The translations under genes and the position numbers were made by a program. Shown one piece after another: positions 16,298 to 18,273 of a stretch of DNA of 18,273 nucleotides. A model generated the notes under the pieces. It was not told where the DNA came from, searched no databases, and worked only from the letters and a program-made list of their open reading frames with translations. Each line of letters starts with the position of its first letter. Position 1 is the stretch's first letter. The DNA lies in the NCBI GenBank assembly GCA_041496385.1, contig JBGQEL010000086.1, positions 1 through 18,273 on the forward strand. Direction: 5' to 3'. This DNA is from Candidatus Methylomirabilia bacterium (GTDB taxonomy: Bacteria; Methylomirabilota; Methylomirabilia; Rokubacteriales; CSP1-6).

Positions 16298-16395
16298 GGC
16301 TGACCCTCCCCGGTGAGAGTTCGTGAGGCCCGACGACGCCCGAGCCCGGGCGTTCGGCGGCGCAACCGTAGCAACGAATCGCGAGCCGGTCAATG

Positions 16396-17451
16396 CTAGC
16401 GGAAGACGATGCTCGACGGGCTCCCGGTCTTCACCACCTGGCCGGTCGGGGTCAGCTTGCCGCTCGCCTGATCCACGCGGAACGTGACGATGGTGTCGCT
16501 GTCCTGGTTCGCCGCGTAGAGAAACGTTCCCGAGGGCTCGAGGCCGAAGAAGCGCGGCGTCTTGCCCTGCGTCGGCTCCCAGCCGACGGGCGAGAGCACG
16601 CCGGTGGCCTCGTCGACGGCGAAGATGGCGAGGCTGTCGTGGCCGCGGTTCGACCCGTAGACAAAGCGCCCGGACGGCGCCACGGCGATCTCCGACGTCG
16701 TGCTGTTGCCGGTGAAGGCGGGTGGCAGCGTCGTGATGACCTGCAGCGGCTTCAGCTCGCCCCGCTCCCCGTCGAACCGGAATGTCGTGATCGTCGAATC
16801 GAGCTCGTTGATGACGTAGGCGTAGGGCTTGCTCGGGTGGAAGGCCACATGGCGCGGCCCCGCGCCCGGCCGGCTCGCGATCGACGGCGGCTCGGCCGCG
16901 ACCAGCTTGCCGGCGGCGGCGTCGATCCGGAAGACGAAGACCGCGTCGAGGCCCTTGTCGGGGACCACGATGAAGCGGCCGCGCGGATCGAACAGGATGT
17001 CGTGCGGATGCGCGCTCGCCTGCTCCGTCCGGTGGGGCCCGAGCTTGCCGGTGAGCGCCGGCAGGTCGATCAGCGACCCGAGCGCCCCATCCGTGTTGAT
17101 CGGCAGGAGCGCCACCGTTCCCGAGCTGTAGTTCGCGAGCACGACGAACCGGTTGGTCGGATCGACGGCCAGGCGCACGCCGTTCTTGCCGTTCGTGGGC
17201 TGGCGATTCAGCAGGCTCAGGTGGCCGCTCTGCTCGTCGATCCGGTACGCGGTCGCCTCGGCCCCGTCCCCGTGCGCCGCGTAGACAAAGCGCTGCCGGC
17301 GATCGAACGTCAGCCACGAGGGATTGACGATGTCCTTCAGGAGCTGAGCGTGCGTCCAGTTGCCCGACGCGGGATCGATCCGGTAGACGTTGATCCCCTC
17401 GCCGCGCGCATTGCGTTCCTTCGAGGTGTAGCAGCCGACGTACGCGAACAC
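16396..17451 (-). CDS. Lactonase family 7-bladed beta-propeller (6-phosphogluconolactonase / cycloisomerase-2 family)
   Basis: FAYVGCYT, NPSWL, VLANYSSGTV, HPHDILFDP.GRF..VPDKGLD, GAGPRHVAFHP...YAYVINELDST, GRFVYGSNRGHDS, GKTPRFF, LYAANQDSD. GTG start at 17451 after AGGAGGAG. No signal peptide. Confidence 0.93.
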   Translation of the reverse strand: MFAYVGCYTSKERNARGEGINVYRIDPASGNWTHAQLLKDIVNPSWLTFDRRQRFVYAAHGDGAEATAYRIDEQSGHLSLLNRQPTNGKNGVRLAVDPTNRFVVLANYSSGTVALLPINTDGALGSLIDLPALTGKLGPHRTEQASAHPHDILFDPRGRFIVVPDKGLDAVFVFRIDAAAGKLVAAEPPSIASRPGAGPRHVAFHPSKPYAYVINELDSTITTFRFDGERGELKPLQVITTLPPAFTGNSTTSEIAVAPSGRFVYGSNRGHDSLAIFAVDEATGVLSPVGWEPTQGKTPRFFGLEPSGTFLYAANQDSDTIVTFRVDQASGKLTPTGQVVKTGSPSSIVFR

Positions 17452-17485
17452 GCTCGGCGCTCCTCCTGGACGAAGAATCGGGGCT

Positions 17486-17514
17486 ACCCTAGCTCTGGAC
17501 CCGGGGCTCGTCAA
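17486..17514 (-). promoter_or_regulatory. Sigma70-type promoter of the lactonase pair
   Basis: Minus strand TTGACG (17514-17509), 17 bp, TAGGGT (17491-17486), then SD AGGAGGAG and GTG at 17451. Confidence 0.65.
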
Positions 17515-17587
17515 TGACCAGGTGACGCGCTACAAACGGGGCTAGACTTGAAGCTGGAAACAGGAGGCGACAACGATCTTTCCGACC

Positions 17588-17950
17588 GTGATCTCACGGA
17601 AACACCGGGGCGTCCTGATCGTGCTGGGCCTCACCCTGGCGGGCTGCGGCGCCTTTCGCACACCGTCGGCGACGCCGGCGGTCGTCCAGGAGATCAAGGT
17701 CGTCGACGAGATGCAGGTGACCCGCTGCACCCGCCTCAAGGACATCGTCCGCAAGGAAGGCTGGTCGTATGGGGTCCTCGGGATGGTGTCCGGCGTGTAC
17801 GCTCAGCAGGGCCTCGAGGCGGCGCGGGCCGACGTGCTCCGCGAGGCGAAAGCGCAGGGCGCCACGCACATCGCGTGGATGCCGAAGGCCGAGGGTGCGC
17901 AGGTCGGGGCGAAGGCGTATCGCTGCGACGCCCAGAACCCGGCCCGCTGA
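17588..17950 (+). CDS. Small lipoprotein, DUF4156-like
   Basis: Basic N-region, hydrophobic stretch and lipobox LAG-C. Internal C (VTRCTRL), ARADVLREAKAQGATHI and terminal AKAYRC form the pattern seen in DUF4156/RcsF-like lipoproteins. Start codon uncertain. Confidence 0.75.
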   Translation: MISRKHRGVLIVLGLTLAGCGAFRTPSATPAVVQEIKVVDEMQVTRCTRLKDIVRKEGWSYGVLGMVSGVYAQQGLEAARADVLREAKAQGATHIAWMPKAEGAQVGAKAYRCDAQNPAR

Positions 17951-17967
17951 GCTCCGTGCCGCCCGAC

Positions 17968-18273
17968 CTAGCTCCCGACCGCCTCAGCGCCGGCCACGGC
18001 GCACTCGTGGTCCTGCTCGCCTGTTCCCCCGCCGCAGCCGATCGCGCCGATGACCCGCCCCGCCTTCATGATCAGCACGGCGCCGATGCTCGGCAGGATC
18101 TCGCCGCCGAGGACCGCCGGCACCGACGCCCAGAACGCCGAGCCCTTCAGCGCCATCTCGCCCAGCTCCTTCGTCGGCTTGCGGAAGTTGGCGGCGGCGA
18201 CCGCCTTGGCCCGCGAGGTGTCCGTGCTGAAGAACCCCGCGCCGTCGCCGCGCATCACGAGCACCGTGCGGCC
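17968..18273 (-). CDS. GlcG/HbpS-family haem-binding protein (5' end beyond the window)
   Basis: GRTVLVMRGDGA....DTSRAKA.AAA.F..PT, GAVLI..AGRVIGAIGCGGGTGEQDHECA.AG. The frame is open to the window edge. Confidence 0.88.
   Translation of the reverse strand, partial: GRTVLVMRGDGAGFFSTDTSRAKAVAAANFRKPTKELGEMALKGSAFWASVPAVLGGEILPSIGAVLIMKAGRVIGAIGCGGGTGEQDHECAVAGAEAVGS

Noticed and set aside
15092..17317. 741-aa ORF suggesting a long fusion or programmed frameshift between the two lactonases
   Set aside because: The first 340 codons are an off-frame reading of the upstream lactonase and spacer. The real gene has its own SD and Tat signal at 16297, and no slippery site was seen.
1230..17517. 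Many long antisense ORFs (e.g. 1230..2309, 2047..3402, 9245..10492, 12547..13488, 16393..17517)
   Set aside because: They mirror well-supported genes on the opposite strand, as expected from GC-rich codon usage.
1..18273. CRISPR array, IS/transposon, prophage, tRNA/rRNA or defence system
   Set aside because: No regularly spaced repeats, terminal inverted repeats, recombinase or nuclease motifs, or structural RNA signatures were seen. Nearly all sequence is explained by metabolic or envelope CDSs.

Overview
GC-rich (roughly 70%) bacterial chromosomal window, densely coding, with 20 protein genes, two truncated by the window edges. No rRNA, tRNA, CRISPR, transposase, integrase or phage signal was seen. 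The content is a mosaic of small accessory-metabolism units: FecR/DUF6600-type secreted protein (partial), ketopantoate-reductase-family enzyme plus amidohydrolase, a 73-aa FlbD-like protein, HcxB/YbiC-type dehydrogenase, SurA-like/DsbA protein, SDR plus PAL-like NHL propeller, a small secreted protein with two Cys4 modules, MFS transporter, Zn-ADH plus DinB, two divergent LLM oxidoreductases, an EamA transporter, a YdjM-like membrane hydrolase behind a sigma54 motif, two tandem lactonases, a DUF4156-like lipoprotein and a GlcG/HbpS haem-binding protein (partial). The gene mix is reminiscent of Ca. Rokubacteria (Methylomirabilota), but that is only an impression. All family calls come from motif recognition by eye, not database searches. 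No clear-cut novel system is proven. The best leads are: (1) a cytoplasmic PAL-like lyase with apparently intact catalytic residues, coupled to an SDR with no monooxygenase partner in view; (2) a secreted tandem disulfide mini-protein; (3) recurrent leaderless promoters, including a near-leaderless sigma54 promoter; (4) a hairpin-rich intergenic region with a uORF or gene remnant upstream of hcxB.
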